A DNA stretch of 64,000 bases, taken from assembly GCA_943788915.1 (NCBI GenBank), contig CALSSD010000009.1:124001-188000 (forward strand), read 5' to 3'. The DNA is from an uncultured Acidimicrobiales bacterium (lineage in GTDB: Bacteria > Actinomycetota > Acidimicrobiia > Acidimicrobiales > UBA10347). Of the stretch, positions 54,743 through 64,000 are shown piece by piece; the stretch's first letter is position 1; each line of letters starts with the position of its first letter. A model generated the notes under the pieces. It was not told the origin of the DNA and did not search any database. It worked only from the letters and a program-made list of their open reading frames with translations. The translations under genes were made by a program, and so were the position numbers.

Positions 54743-55471
54743 TTAGACCAATCGTGGGCGCCCTATTCGGACCCCGACACCGGGTGTCCAGTGCACCACT
54801 GGATCGGCGTCGGGAATCGGGAAGCCAGCTGCGGCCATGAGGCCGTCGTTGAGGTAGGTGAGGTCTGCCTGGTGCAACGGCCACGGTTCGTGGGTGATCG
54901 GGGCATACAACGTGCGACCGAGGAACGTGGAGTACAGACCCCAACGGGCAGTCAGAAACCGTTCGAACGCCGAGTGTTCCTCGATGCCATCGCCCGCAGT
55001 GATATCCACATCGCACCGAGCGCCTCTAGGTCCTGGCCATTTGCGCCTTGATCGGTATGTCCAGTCCGGACCTTGGTGTTCAGCGGTCATCTCGGCCCAG
55101 AAATAGGGCAAGCCATAGGTGGCTCGCGCTACCGCTGTAGCTGAGAGCCGTCCGGCTTCGAGCGAACAGAACCACACACCGGGCGTGCCATCGGGTCCAC
55201 GGACATAGGTCCGCACGTTCGTTTCCGGAAAGCTGCCTTCGCGTGGAATCGGGATCCCGCCCGGCAGCTGGACTTCCATCTCAAACGGCACCAGGCCAAC
55301 CCATGCCGCACCGTCAAAGGTGTCGACGGTCAGGTCATCGGGCAGGACCGCTTGCACCTGCTCGGGATCAAACTGCCAATGTAGGAAGGTCAGGTTCAGC
55401 CACCGCATATGCATGACTTCGAACCGCACGTCGTGTGGGGCTTCAGTTGGATGATCCAGCGCATCGCTCAC
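54743..55471 (-). CDS. DUF2071 (YqjF family) protein
   Basis: W.NLTFLHW, WVGLVPF, FPETNVRTYV, PGVWFCSLEA, FLTARW, HEPWPL. Confidence 0.88.
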   Translation of the reverse strand: MSDALDHPTEAPHDVRFEVMHMRWLNLTFLHWQFDPEQVQAVLPDDLTVDTFDGAAWVGLVPFEMEVQLPGGIPIPREGSFPETNVRTYVRGPDGTPGVWFCSLEAGRLSATAVARATYGLPYFWAEMTAEHQGPDWTYRSRRKWPGPRGARCDVDITAGDGIEEHSAFERFLTARWGLYSTFLGRTLYAPITHEPWPLHQADLTYLNDGLMAAAGFPIPDADPVVHWTPGVGVRIGRPRLV

Positions 55472-55637
55472 CTCACCTGTGTAGCGGCTCTGACGCTGAG
55501 CAGCGAGTGGAACCGGCGTGACGTTGGGCATCCCTCAACTCTCGCTCTCGGTGTTTGATGCGGCGAACGTGAGGTCAGTCCAACCGACGGTGGTTTGGGT
55601 TATGTCGCGTTTCCGTATGTTTCGACCAATCGCTTCG

Positions 55638-56709
55638 TCAGCGGCCGGCTGCGGCGACGCTCAGATGTTCCGCCAACGTATCGACGGTGTCGTGTGCGTT
55701 CAGTCCGCTGGTCGACGGCATGAGATAGACCGGACGGCCGCCGACGGTCTCAGGCTGCCAGCCTCGTTGTGCTTTTCGATTCACTGCGGCCCGCCAACCG
55801 GCGAGACCTACCATGCAGATCGTCTTCGGCTCGAGCCACTCCGCGAGCTTGCCCAAACGTTCGAAGCCGGCCAGGTATTCGCTCTTGTCAAGCTCATCGG
55901 CTCGCCGAGTTGCACGCTTGACCATGTCGGTCATACCCATGCCGTGTGCCGCGAGTGCCATGAGCAGGATCACGATCCAGTGTGACGAGCCCAGCCTTGA
56001 TCGCCGCTGGCCAGAAGCGGTTACCTGCCTTGTGGAAACCAACACCGAAGTCGGCCGAACTCGGGCTGGGGTTCAGCCCACAAATCAGCAACTCCATGTC
56101 AGAGCCGACGTAGTCAGGCAGCGTCCAACGCCGGGTAATCGGGGCGATGATTTGGCCGATACCGGCGTCCGAGTCCCAGGTGATGAAATCGCCGACATCG
56201 AACCCGGCACCTTCGAGCGTCTGTCGAAGCAACTCGCGTGGCCAATACGAGAAGGTGCGGCCGGGCAGCGAATCGTCGTCCCATTGATGCACTTCGTGGT
56301 CACCCTCGAAGAGCCAGATGTAACCCGTCGCTCCCACCTTCATCACCCGATGGAGTTCGGCCAAGGCCATCGGCACTTCGGTCCGGGGAAAATGGACCAG
56401 GCTGCGAGACGCCCACACTCCCCCGATCGACTCTCGGGCAAACGGCAGCCGACTCAGATCCGATTGGACGGCGACACCGTGGTCTGTGGCTAGCCGAGCC
56501 ATCTCGGCCGATAGGTCGACCCCAACCGCTGACTCAAGCAGAGGGAGGTGCCATCCCGGCCCACAGCCGAGATCCACGATGAGCCCATCGCTTTCGGCTC
56601 GGAGCTGCTTCGCTAGATCGAGCTGACGTGGGGTCCGACGCGACGTCCAACCATCGGCGTCGGCGTCATACGCCGCCTGGGTCTTCCGCTGATGATCCCG
56701 CAATGCCAC
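55638..56709 (-). CDS. Class I SAM methyltransferase fused to mismatch-specific (MUG/TDG-like) uracil-DNA glycosylase; frameshift near 55963
   Basis: N-half VDLGCGPG, GVDLSAEM, SLVH; in frame with LPDYV..LLICGLNPS..GNRFWPA; tail GMTDMVKRAT..MPSTSGLNAH in the shifted frame. Confidence 0.85.
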
Positions 56710-56770
56710 GAAGCGAGTCTGCCAGTCCGCGCCGCAAGGCGCTCACACCGGGGTCTAACCCTGGGGTGCG

Positions 56771-58171
56771 TTATGGCAGGTTGGCTTTCAGTTCGGCGAG
56801 AGCGGAGGTGGCGGATTCGAGTTGGATAGCGACTGGACCCGGCCCGGACGCTCCAGGACTGGAGCGAAGCTGGATACCAACACCAGGAGCGAGTAGTGCT
56901 GCCGCATCGGCCCCCAGGTGTTCGGCTTCGGACGTGACTTCGGCCAACGTCTGACCGGTGTCGATCGACTCGCGCACGACGTTGGCAACCACCGCGTGGG
57001 CATCGCGGAACGGCATGCCGGCCCGCACCAAGAAGTCGGCCAGGTCGGTAGCGCCAGCAGCTGACTCATCCGCGGCTTTTGCCATGGCATCGGTGCGGAA
57101 GGTCGCGGTTGCGATCATGCCGGTGACGGCAACAAGGCCAGCGGCAATCTGGTCGATGGCGTCGAACAGGCCTTCCTTGTCTTCTTGTAGATCGCGGTTA
57201 TAGGAAAGCGGCAGGCCTTTGAGCGTGGCCAACAGACCGGTCAGGTTGCCGATCAGGCGGCCGCCTTTACCGCGAGCGAGTTCGGCAATGTCGGGATTCT
57301 TCTTCTGCGGCATCATCGATGAGCCGGTGGCATAACCGTCGTCGACGGTCACGAAGCCGAACTCTTCGCTAGACCACAACACGAACTCTTCGCCAATACG
57401 AGACAGATGAATACCGATCATGGTCAACGCGTACAACGAGTCGGCGACATAGTCGCGGTCGCTCACCACATCGAGTGAGTTCTCGAAACGGGCCGAGAAG
57501 CCAAGATCCTTGGCCACACCATCGGGATCAAGCGGAAGCGTCGACCCCGCCAATGCTCCAGCGCCGAGGGGTGACACATCGGCAGCCGTGCGGGCTGCCA
57601 TCAGCCGGGTGACATCGCGTCGAAATGTCCAGAAATGGGCCAACAGATGATGCGACAGCAGCACAGGTTGGGCCCGCTGAAGATGGGTGTAACCGGGCAG
57701 ATAGGCACCACCAGCCTCGACGGCACGATCGAAGAGCACCTGCTCAAGGTCGACCACCAGCCGGGCGATCATTGCCATGTTGTCTTTGACGAAGAGCCGC
57801 AAGTCGGTAGCGACCTGGTCGTTTCGACTGCGGCCGGTATGCAGTCGAGCGCCGGCCGGCCCTGCGATCTCGGTAACGCGCCGTTCGACCGCGGTGTGGA
57901 TGTCTTCGTCGCTCGGCACGAAGGTGAAGTTGCCTGATGCCAACTCGGCCTCGACCTCGTCGAGTGCGATCAGCACCGCCTCGGCATCGGCCTCGGTCAG
58001 CAGATCGACCCTGGCCAGACCACGAACGTGTGCCCGGCTGCCCATGATGTCGTACGGTGCCAGCCGCTGGTCATACGGCAAACTCACGGTGTACGTGAGC
58101 AGCGCATCACTAGGCCCAGACTCAAACCGTCCATGCCAGAGTGTTTCGCCCGCTGGACTCTCCGCGCTCAT
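56771..58171 (-). CDS. argH: Argininosuccinate lyase
   Basis: [38 protein letters not shown]. Confidence 0.97.
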   Translation of the reverse strand: MSAESPAGETLWHGRFESGPSDALLTYTVSLPYDQRLAPYDIMGSRAHVRGLARVDLLTEADAEAVLIALDEVEAELASGNFTFVPSDEDIHTAVERRVTEIAGPAGARLHTGRSRNDQVATDLRLFVKDNMAMIARLVVDLEQVLFDRAVEAGGAYLPGYTHLQRAQPVLLSHHLLAHFWTFRRDVTRLMAARTAADVSPLGAGALAGSTLPLDPDGVAKDLGFSARFENSLDVVSDRDYVADSLYALTMIGIHLSRIGEEFVLWSSEEFGFVTVDDGYATGSSMMPQKKNPDIAELARGKGGRLIGNLTGLLATLKGLPLSYNRDLQEDKEGLFDAIDQIAAGLVAVTGMIATATFRTDAMAKAADESAAGATDLADFLVRAGMPFRDAHAVVANVVRESIDTGQTLAEVTSEAEHLGADAAALLAPGVGIQLRSSPGASGPGPVAIQLESATSALAELKANLP

Positions 58172-59394
58172 CGCAGGTCCCGGCGGGCGAGGTTGCGCAG
58201 GCGCAGTGCGTTGAGTTTGATGAAACCGGCAGCGTCGGCCTGGTCGTAGGTGCCGCCGTCGTCTTCGAAGGTGGCGATCTTCTCGTCGAAGAGGGTGTCG
58301 TCGGACTTGCGACCAGCGACCATGACATTGCCCTTGTAGAGCTTGAGGGTCACGGTGCCGTTTACCCGAGCCTGGCTGTAGTCGATAGCGGCTTGGAGCA
58401 TTTCCCGCTCCGGCGACCACCAGAAACCGTTGTAGATCAACTTGGCGTAACGCGGCATCAGTTCGTCTTTGAGATGGGCGACTTCGCGGTCCAGGCAGAT
58501 GGATTCGATTGCGCGGTGGCCGGTCAACATGATCGTGCCGCCTGGTGTCTCGTAGGCACCGCGGGACTTCATGCCGACAAACCGGTTCTCGACCATGTCG
58601 AGGCGACCGATGCCGTGGATGCCGCCCAGACGGTTGAGCTCGGCCAACATCGTCGCTGGTGACAGCACCTTGCCGTCGAGCGAAACCGGGTCGCCGTTTT
58701 CGTAACCGATTTCGATGTACTGGCCATCGTTTGGAGCGAACTCTGGCGAAGTCGACCACCGCCACATTTCCGACGGTGGCTCGTTGGCGGGATCTTCGAG
58801 CGGGCCGCCCTCGTAGCTGATGTGCAACAGGTTGGCGTCCTGGGAGAACGGTGACTTAGCGCCCCGTGACATCTCGATCGGGATGTTGTGCTCGTCGGCG
58901 TAGGCCAACAGAGTTTCGCGGCCGCCCAGGTCCCATTCGCGCCATGGAGCGATGACCTTGATGTCTGGTTCGAGCGCGTAGGCACCGAGCTCGAAACGAA
59001 CCTGGTCGTTGCCTTTGCCGGTGGCACCATGGCTGATGGCATCGGCGCCGGTCTCACGAGCAATCTCGATCAGCCGTTTCGCGATCAGTGGCCTGGCGAT
59101 CGAGGTGCCCAGCAAGTAGACGCCTTCGTAAATAGCGTTGGCACGGAACATGGGATAGACGAAGTCGCGCACAAACTCTTCACGCAGATCGTCGATGTAG
59201 ATCTCTTTCACACCCATCGCTTCGGCCTTGGCCCGTGCTGGTTCAAGTTCTTCGCCCTGGCCGAGGTCGGCGGTGAAGGTCACGACCTCGCAGCCGTACT
59301 CAACCTCCAGCCATTTCAGGATGACCGAGGTGTCGAGACCGCCGGAGTAGGCCAACACGACCTTGTTGACATCGGCTTTGTTTACGTCAGACAT
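58168..59394 (-). CDS. argG: Argininosuccinate synthase
   Basis: [41 protein letters not shown]. Confidence 0.97.
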   Translation of the reverse strand: MSDVNKADVNKVVLAYSGGLDTSVILKWLEVEYGCEVVTFTADLGQGEELEPARAKAEAMGVKEIYIDDLREEFVRDFVYPMFRANAIYEGVYLLGTSIARPLIAKRLIEIARETGADAISHGATGKGNDQVRFELGAYALEPDIKVIAPWREWDLGGRETLLAYADEHNIPIEMSRGAKSPFSQDANLLHISYEGGPLEDPANEPPSEMWRWSTSPEFAPNDGQYIEIGYENGDPVSLDGKVLSPATMLAELNRLGGIHGIGRLDMVENRFVGMKSRGAYETPGGTIMLTGHRAIESICLDREVAHLKDELMPRYAKLIYNGFWWSPEREMLQAAIDYSQARVNGTVTLKLYKGNVMVAGRKSDDTLFDEKIATFEDDGGTYDQADAAGFIKLNALRLRNLARRDLR

Positions 59395-59447
59395 TCTTCT
59401 ATGAGACTTTCGAGTAAGGGGTTGCTGATGGGTCTAGTGATGGGGCG

Positions 59448-59927
59448 TTAGCCAAGATCGGCGTAACTGCGGAAGAGTTCGGCGACGGACTGGCCCGAGT
59501 AACCCTCGGAGGCCACCACCATGAGTGTGTCGTCGCCAGCGACGGTACCGAGGACCTCGTCGAGTCCAGACCGGTCGATGGCGGAAGCCACCACATGCGC
59601 GCTGCCAACAAGTGTGCGTAACACGACGATGTTTCCGGATGCATCGGCGCCGACCACCCATTCGCTGAAGATGCGCCGCAGGTGACCTGCGGGCACCACC
59701 TGCTCGTGCGGATGATCTGGGATTGCGTAGGCGGTTGCCCCACCGGGAATCCGAACCTTGATCGCGCCCAGGTCTTCGAGGTCTCGCGAGACCGTCGCTT
59801 GGGTGGCAGCAATACCGTCGGCTGCCAGGTGATCCACGATCTGGTCCTGACTGGTCACGGCCTGGTCAGCCAACAAGTCGCTCACGACTTGCTGGCGTTG
59901 CGCCTTGGACACCTTGCGCTCGGTCAT
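59448..59927 (-). CDS. argR: Arginine repressor
   Basis: TQATVSRDL, GTVAGDDT. Confidence 0.95.
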   Translation of the reverse strand: MTERKVSKAQRQQVVSDLLADQAVTSQDQIVDHLAADGIAATQATVSRDLEDLGAIKVRIPGGATAYAIPDHPHEQVVPAGHLRRIFSEWVVGADASGNIVVLRTLVGSAHVVASAIDRSGLDEVLGTVAGDDTLMVVASEGYSGQSVAELFRSYADLG

Positions 59928-59949
59928 CGCTTGCCCGACCGTTCACGAG

Positions 59950-61150
59950 TCATGGGTTGAGCACGCTGTTGAGCACTGCCATGCCTTGTTCGATCTCGGC
60001 GAAGGTGATGGTCAGCGGTGGGGCGATCCGCAGTGCGGTCGGGGTTACGCCGTTGAGGACCAGGCCGGCGTGGAGACAGGCGTTGGCAACGTCGCCAGCC
60101 GTGCGGCCATTGAGCACCGCTGGATCGAGCTCGGCAGCGATGAGCATGCCCCGTCCACGAGTGCTGACCACGCCGTTCATTTCCTCGAGCTTGCCTCGGA
60201 TGGCCGAGCCGACCGTGTTGGCGAGTGATGGCGCATCGATCGACTTCATGATCTCGCAGGGTCGCCAGCGCCGCCGAGGCGGCCATGGGCTGGCCGCCGA
60301 AGGTGGTTGCGTGGTCTCCCGGCTTGAACGACGCTGCTACCTCGTTGCGAGCCCAAATTGCGCCGATGGGCATGCCGTTGCCTAGTGCCTTGGCGATCGA
60401 AATCGCATCAGGTTCGATGCCATAGTGCTGATGCGCAAACCACGCTCCGGTGCGGGCGAGGCCGGTTTGGACCTCGTCGAACATGAGCAAAATGCCACGT
60501 TCGGTGCACAGTTCACGGACCGCTGGGAAGTAGCCCGGGTCGACCTCGTTGATGCCGCCCTCGCCTTGGATCGGCTCGAGCAACACCGCTGCGACCGTGT
60601 CGTCCAGGCTCTGCTCCAACGCGTCGATATTGTTGTACTCCACGTGACGGAAACCCTCGGGAAGCGGCTGGAACGGCTCGTGCTTCTCGGGCTGGCCAGT
60701 TGCGGCCAACGTGGCCAGGGTGCGTCCGTGGAACGAGCGCATCGCCGATACGACGACATGACGGCCTCGGCCACCCCATTTGCGAGCAAGTTTGATCAGC
60801 GCCTCGTTGGCTTCGCCGCCTGAATTACAGAAGAACACCTGGCCAGCGGGGCCACCAACGAGTTCGTCGATGATCCGGGCAACCTTCCACTGCGGTTCAG
60901 TGGCGAACAGGTTGCTGACGTGCAACAACGTCGTGGCCTGCTCGGCAATTGCCTTGGCCACGCCAGGGTGTGAATGCCCCAACGATGTGACGGCAATACC
61001 AGCGAGCCAATCAATGTATTCCTTGCCCGCTGGGTCATAGAGACGCGACCCTTCGCCTCGAACGAACATGATCTCGGGTGGACCATAGGTAGGCATGATC
61101 GGACAGTGGTCCGCATCGGCCGCGATGTGTTCTACGTGGGTATCAGTCAT
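59950..61150 (-). CDS. argD: Acetylornithine aminotransferase; frameshift near 60255
   Basis: NSGGEANE, FHGRT, EPIQGEGG, DEVQTG, AKALGNG, TTFGG; tail RGRGML..LRIAPPL in the shifted frame. Confidence 0.93.
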
Positions 61151-61171
61151 AACAGGGCTTTCTATTCGCGG

Positions 61172-62041
61172 TCACGAGCCATCGCCGGGGCGGATGATCG
61201 TGCCAATACCGGAAACGGTAAAGATCTCGAGGAGCAGGACATGTTCGACGGTGCCATTAAGCACATGGGCAGTATTGACGCCATTGTCCACCGCGTGGAG
61301 GCAGGCTTCGACCTTGGGGATCATGCCGCCGGAAACAGTTTTGGTTCCGACCAGTGGATGTAGCTCGTCTGATGTGGTCTGGCGAATCAGTGTGTCAGGG
61401 TTGTCGGGGTCGCGGCGTAGGCCGTCGACATCGGTCAACATCACCAGCTTGTTAGCGCCGACCGCGGCGGCCAGATAGCCAGCCACCGTGTCGGCATTGA
61501 TGTTGTACGCCTGACCTGTCTCGTCGCTGCCAATCGTGGAAATCACGGGGATCAGACCTTCGGCAAGCAACCGGTGAAGGATGTCGGGATTCACGTCGAC
61601 GACTTGGCCGACGAAGCCGTGTTCCTTGCTGTGGGGCTTCGCCCGGATGAGGCCGGCGTCTTCGCCCGATACCCCAACGGCCAGTGGTCCGTGCACATTG
61701 ATACCGCTGACGATGTCGCGCCCGACCTTGCCGGCCAACACCATGCGTACAACGTCGAGTGTCTCTGCATCGGTGACTCGAAGGCCGTCGATGAACTCTG
61801 TTTCTTTGCCAAGCTTCTGCAACAAGGCACCGATCTGGGGACCACCGCCGTGGACCACGATTGGCTTGATGCCTACCGAGTGCATCAGCACGATGTCTGC
61901 GGCAAAGGTCGTGAAAAGGTGCGGATCGGTCATGGCGTTGCCGCCAAATTTCACCACAACGGTGGTGCCAGCAAACTGCTGGATATACGGCAATGCCTGG
62001 GTCAGAATCGACGCGGTTTCTTCTGGAGTGTGCGACTTCAT
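61172..62041 (-). CDS. argB: Acetylglutamate kinase
   Basis: VVKFGGNAM, VHGGGPQI, YNINAD, GGMIPKV. Confidence 0.97.
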   Translation of the reverse strand: MKSHTPEETASILTQALPYIQQFAGTTVVVKFGGNAMTDPHLFTTFAADIVLMHSVGIKPIVVHGGGPQIGALLQKLGKETEFIDGLRVTDAETLDVVRMVLAGKVGRDIVSGINVHGPLAVGVSGEDAGLIRAKPHSKEHGFVGQVVDVNPDILHRLLAEGLIPVISTIGSDETGQAYNINADTVAGYLAAAVGANKLVMLTDVDGLRRDPDNPDTLIRQTTSDELHPLVGTKTVSGGMIPKVEACLHAVDNGVNTAHVLNGTVEHVLLLEIFTVSGIGTIIRPGDGS

Positions 62042-63308
62042 GATCGATATCCGGCGTTGATTTCGATGTAGCCGTGTGTGAGGTCACAGGTCCAGACCGA
62101 CCCGGAACCCATTCCCATTCCCATGTCAACCCGCACCACAATGTCGTCCTGCTTGAGGAACTCGTTGGCCCGGTCTTCGCTGTAGTCAGGATGTACGAGC
62201 CCGGCTTCGGTGATTTGTTCCTCGCCAATCCAGATGGCGAGTTTGTCTCGGTCCGCTGGTTCGCCGGCCTTGCCGACCGCCATCACGATTCGGCCCCAGT
62301 TGGCGTCCTCGGCTGCCATGGCTGTTTTCACCAGCGGTGAGTCGGCGATGGAACGAGCGACGACCTCGGCGGACTCATCGCTCACCGCCCCTTCGACATG
62401 GATCTCGATGAACTTATTTGCGCCTTCTCCGTCGCGCACGATCTGGTGGGCCAGGTCGAGACACACTTCGAACACCGCAGCGCTGAAGTCGGCCCATGCC
62501 GGATGGTTCGGGCCATCGATCGGCTCATTGCCAGCAGCACCGGTCGAGAACAACAACACCGTGTCGCTCGTCGACGTGTCGCTGTCAACGGTGATGCGAT
62601 TAAAGCTTTCGTTTGTTGCACTGCTCACGGCGAGTTGAAGCGCCTCTGATGTTGCCGCGACATCGGTGAACAGGAAACCAAGCATGGTTGCCATGTCGGG
62701 GGCGATCATGCCACTGCCCTTGGCGATACCAACGACACTGCCCGAAACATGGGTGCCGGGCACAACGGCAACTGCACCCTTGTTAAACGTGTCGGTGGTG
62801 GTGATGGCCTTGGCGGCGTCTGGCCACGACGCTCCCCTGGCCTCGACCAGATGTCCGAGGGCGGCCACCATGTGGCCGTCGTCGAGTGTCTCGCCGATCA
62901 CGCCGGTCGAGGCGACATAGATCTCGTTGGCGGGGACACCGAGCGCAGCGCTCAGTGTGTCGACCTCGGCTTGCACCGATGCAGCGCCGGAAGAACCGGT
63001 GAAGGCGTTGGCGTTGCCTGCGTTGCAGACCACAGCGCGGGCGTTGCCACTCGGAAGGATGTCCTTGCACCAGTCGACCGGCGCCGATGGGCATGCCGAC
63101 CGGGTGAAGACACCGCCAACGGTAGTGCCTTCTGGCATGACCGCCAGAAACAGGTCGGGCCGGCCGCTGTAACGAAGATTCGCCGCATAAGCATGGAGTT
63201 CGACGCCAGGAACGACGGGAAGTTCAGGGAACGAGGCCGGAGCCAACGGTGAGACAGGGCTTGCTGAGTCTGGGCTTGCTGAGTCTGGGTTTGCTGAGTC
63301 TGGTTCAC
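62038..63308 (-). CDS. argJ: Bifunctional ornithine acetyltransferase/N-acetylglutamate synthase; probable frameshift near 63258
   Basis: NAGNANAFTG, STGVIG, KGSGMIAPDMATML, DTSTSD, DGEGA, NWGR, CDLT; GTG 63308 overlapping the argC stop is the likely start. Confidence 0.93.
63257..63303. repeat. 15-bp tandem repeat x3 at the argJ 5' end
   Basis: gggcttgctgagtct gggcttgctgagtct gggtttgctgagtct gg. Confidence 0.9.
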
Positions 63309-64000
63309 GGCATGAGCCCAACGAGAGGAAGGCCGGCGGTCTCGTCGAGGCCGGCAACGATGTTGGCCGATTGGATCGCTCCACCTGAGGAGCCCTTACA
63401 CAAATTGTCGAGTGCGCAGAAGATCATGGCAGTGTCTGTCCGTTCGTCGTACCGGGCTGAGATATGGGCCGTGTTCGACCCGAGGGTTGCTTTGGTCGTT
63501 GGCAATCGTTCGCTTACGTGCACGAATGGCTCGTCGGCATAGAAGTCGCTAAGGATCGACAGCAATTCATCGGCCGACGTTGGTGCGGCCGGCTTGGCGT
63601 AACACGTCGCCAGAATCCCCCGATTCATCGGCGCCAAGTGAGGCGTGAACACGACTTGGGTGCCAAGTGTCTGCTCGATCTCTGGCGTGTGGCGGTGGGT
63701 GCCCACGCCGTATGCGCTGAAGTCTTCGTCGACGGCGCAGAACGTGGTGTTCTGTTTCGGCGCCCGCCCTGCACCCGATACGCCGCTGGCGGCGTCGATG
63801 ATGATGCCGGTTTCAGAAATCGCCCCCGCTCGCAGGAGCGGTGCAAGGGGCAGAACTGCTGTCTGTGGATAACAGCCCGGCACGGCGACGTGCTGCTTTG
63901 ATGCGATGTCGTCGCGGAACAATTCGGGCAGGCCGTAGGAGAACCTGTCGATCAGGTCGGGCACGTTGTGGGGAACCTCGTACCACTTCTCGTAGACCAG
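63305..64000 (-). CDS. argC: N-acetyl-gamma-glutamyl-phosphate reductase (partial, 5' end beyond window)
   Basis: YGLPEL, VPGCYP, SGVSGAGR, HRHTPEI, FTPHLAPM.RGI, DNLCKGSSG. Confidence 0.96.
   Translation of the reverse strand: MVYEKWYEVPHNVPDLIDRFSYGLPELFRDDIASKQHVAVPGCYPQTAVLPLAPLLRAGAISETGIIIDAASGVSGAGRAPKQNTTFCAVDEDFSAYGVGTHRHTPEIEQTLGTQVVFTPHLAPMNRGILATCYAKPAAPTSADELLSILSDFYADEPFVHVSERLPTTKATLGSNTAHISARYDERTDTAMIFCALDNLCKGSSGGAIQSANIVAGLDETAGLPLVGLMP

Noticed and set aside
56771..58765. 664-aa extended argH ORF, and similarly extended rluB, trpS, NUDIX and ECH ORFs
   Set aside because: The extensions overlap neighbouring genes and lack homology; true starts lie downstream

Overview
GC-rich actinobacterial chromosome segment, most likely Acidimicrobiia (inferred from gene order, aroH, and a bL37 ribosomal protein gene). 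It is mostly core and metabolic genes. Core blocks are tlyA-nadK-recN-pyrG-NUDIX ... scpA-scpB-rluB-aroH-tyrA-cmk, trpS, tyrS, ychF, rsmI, infC-rpmI-rplT-trmH and an argCJBD-argR-argGH operon without argF. Other genes include a photolyase, pepN, three acyl-CoA synthetases, a ferredoxin/reductase pair, a lone form II CoxL-like molybdoenzyme subunit and a nucleoside-metabolism cluster around psuG. I found no rRNA, tRNA, CRISPR array or mobile element. About 15 single-base frameshifts in ordinary genes point to uncorrected long-read errors. The best candidate for a novel system is at 50076-51239 (-), where two adjacent ORFs are in frame and separated by a single TGA. The TGA forms a U-P-L-C (UxxC) motif and is followed 11 nt later by a 17-nt SECIS-like hairpin. 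This suggests a hidden 387-aa PrdB/GrdB-family selenoprotein with an extra C-terminal domain and no prdA/grd partner genes in the window. Other notable items are a SAM-methyltransferase/MUG-type DNA glycosylase fusion, a coupled HAD-psuG pair resembling C-glycoside synthase/phosphatase modules, proteobacterial-looking argJ and argG, pervasive leaderless TANNNT promoters including two very compact bidirectional ones, and a 45-bp tandem repeat.
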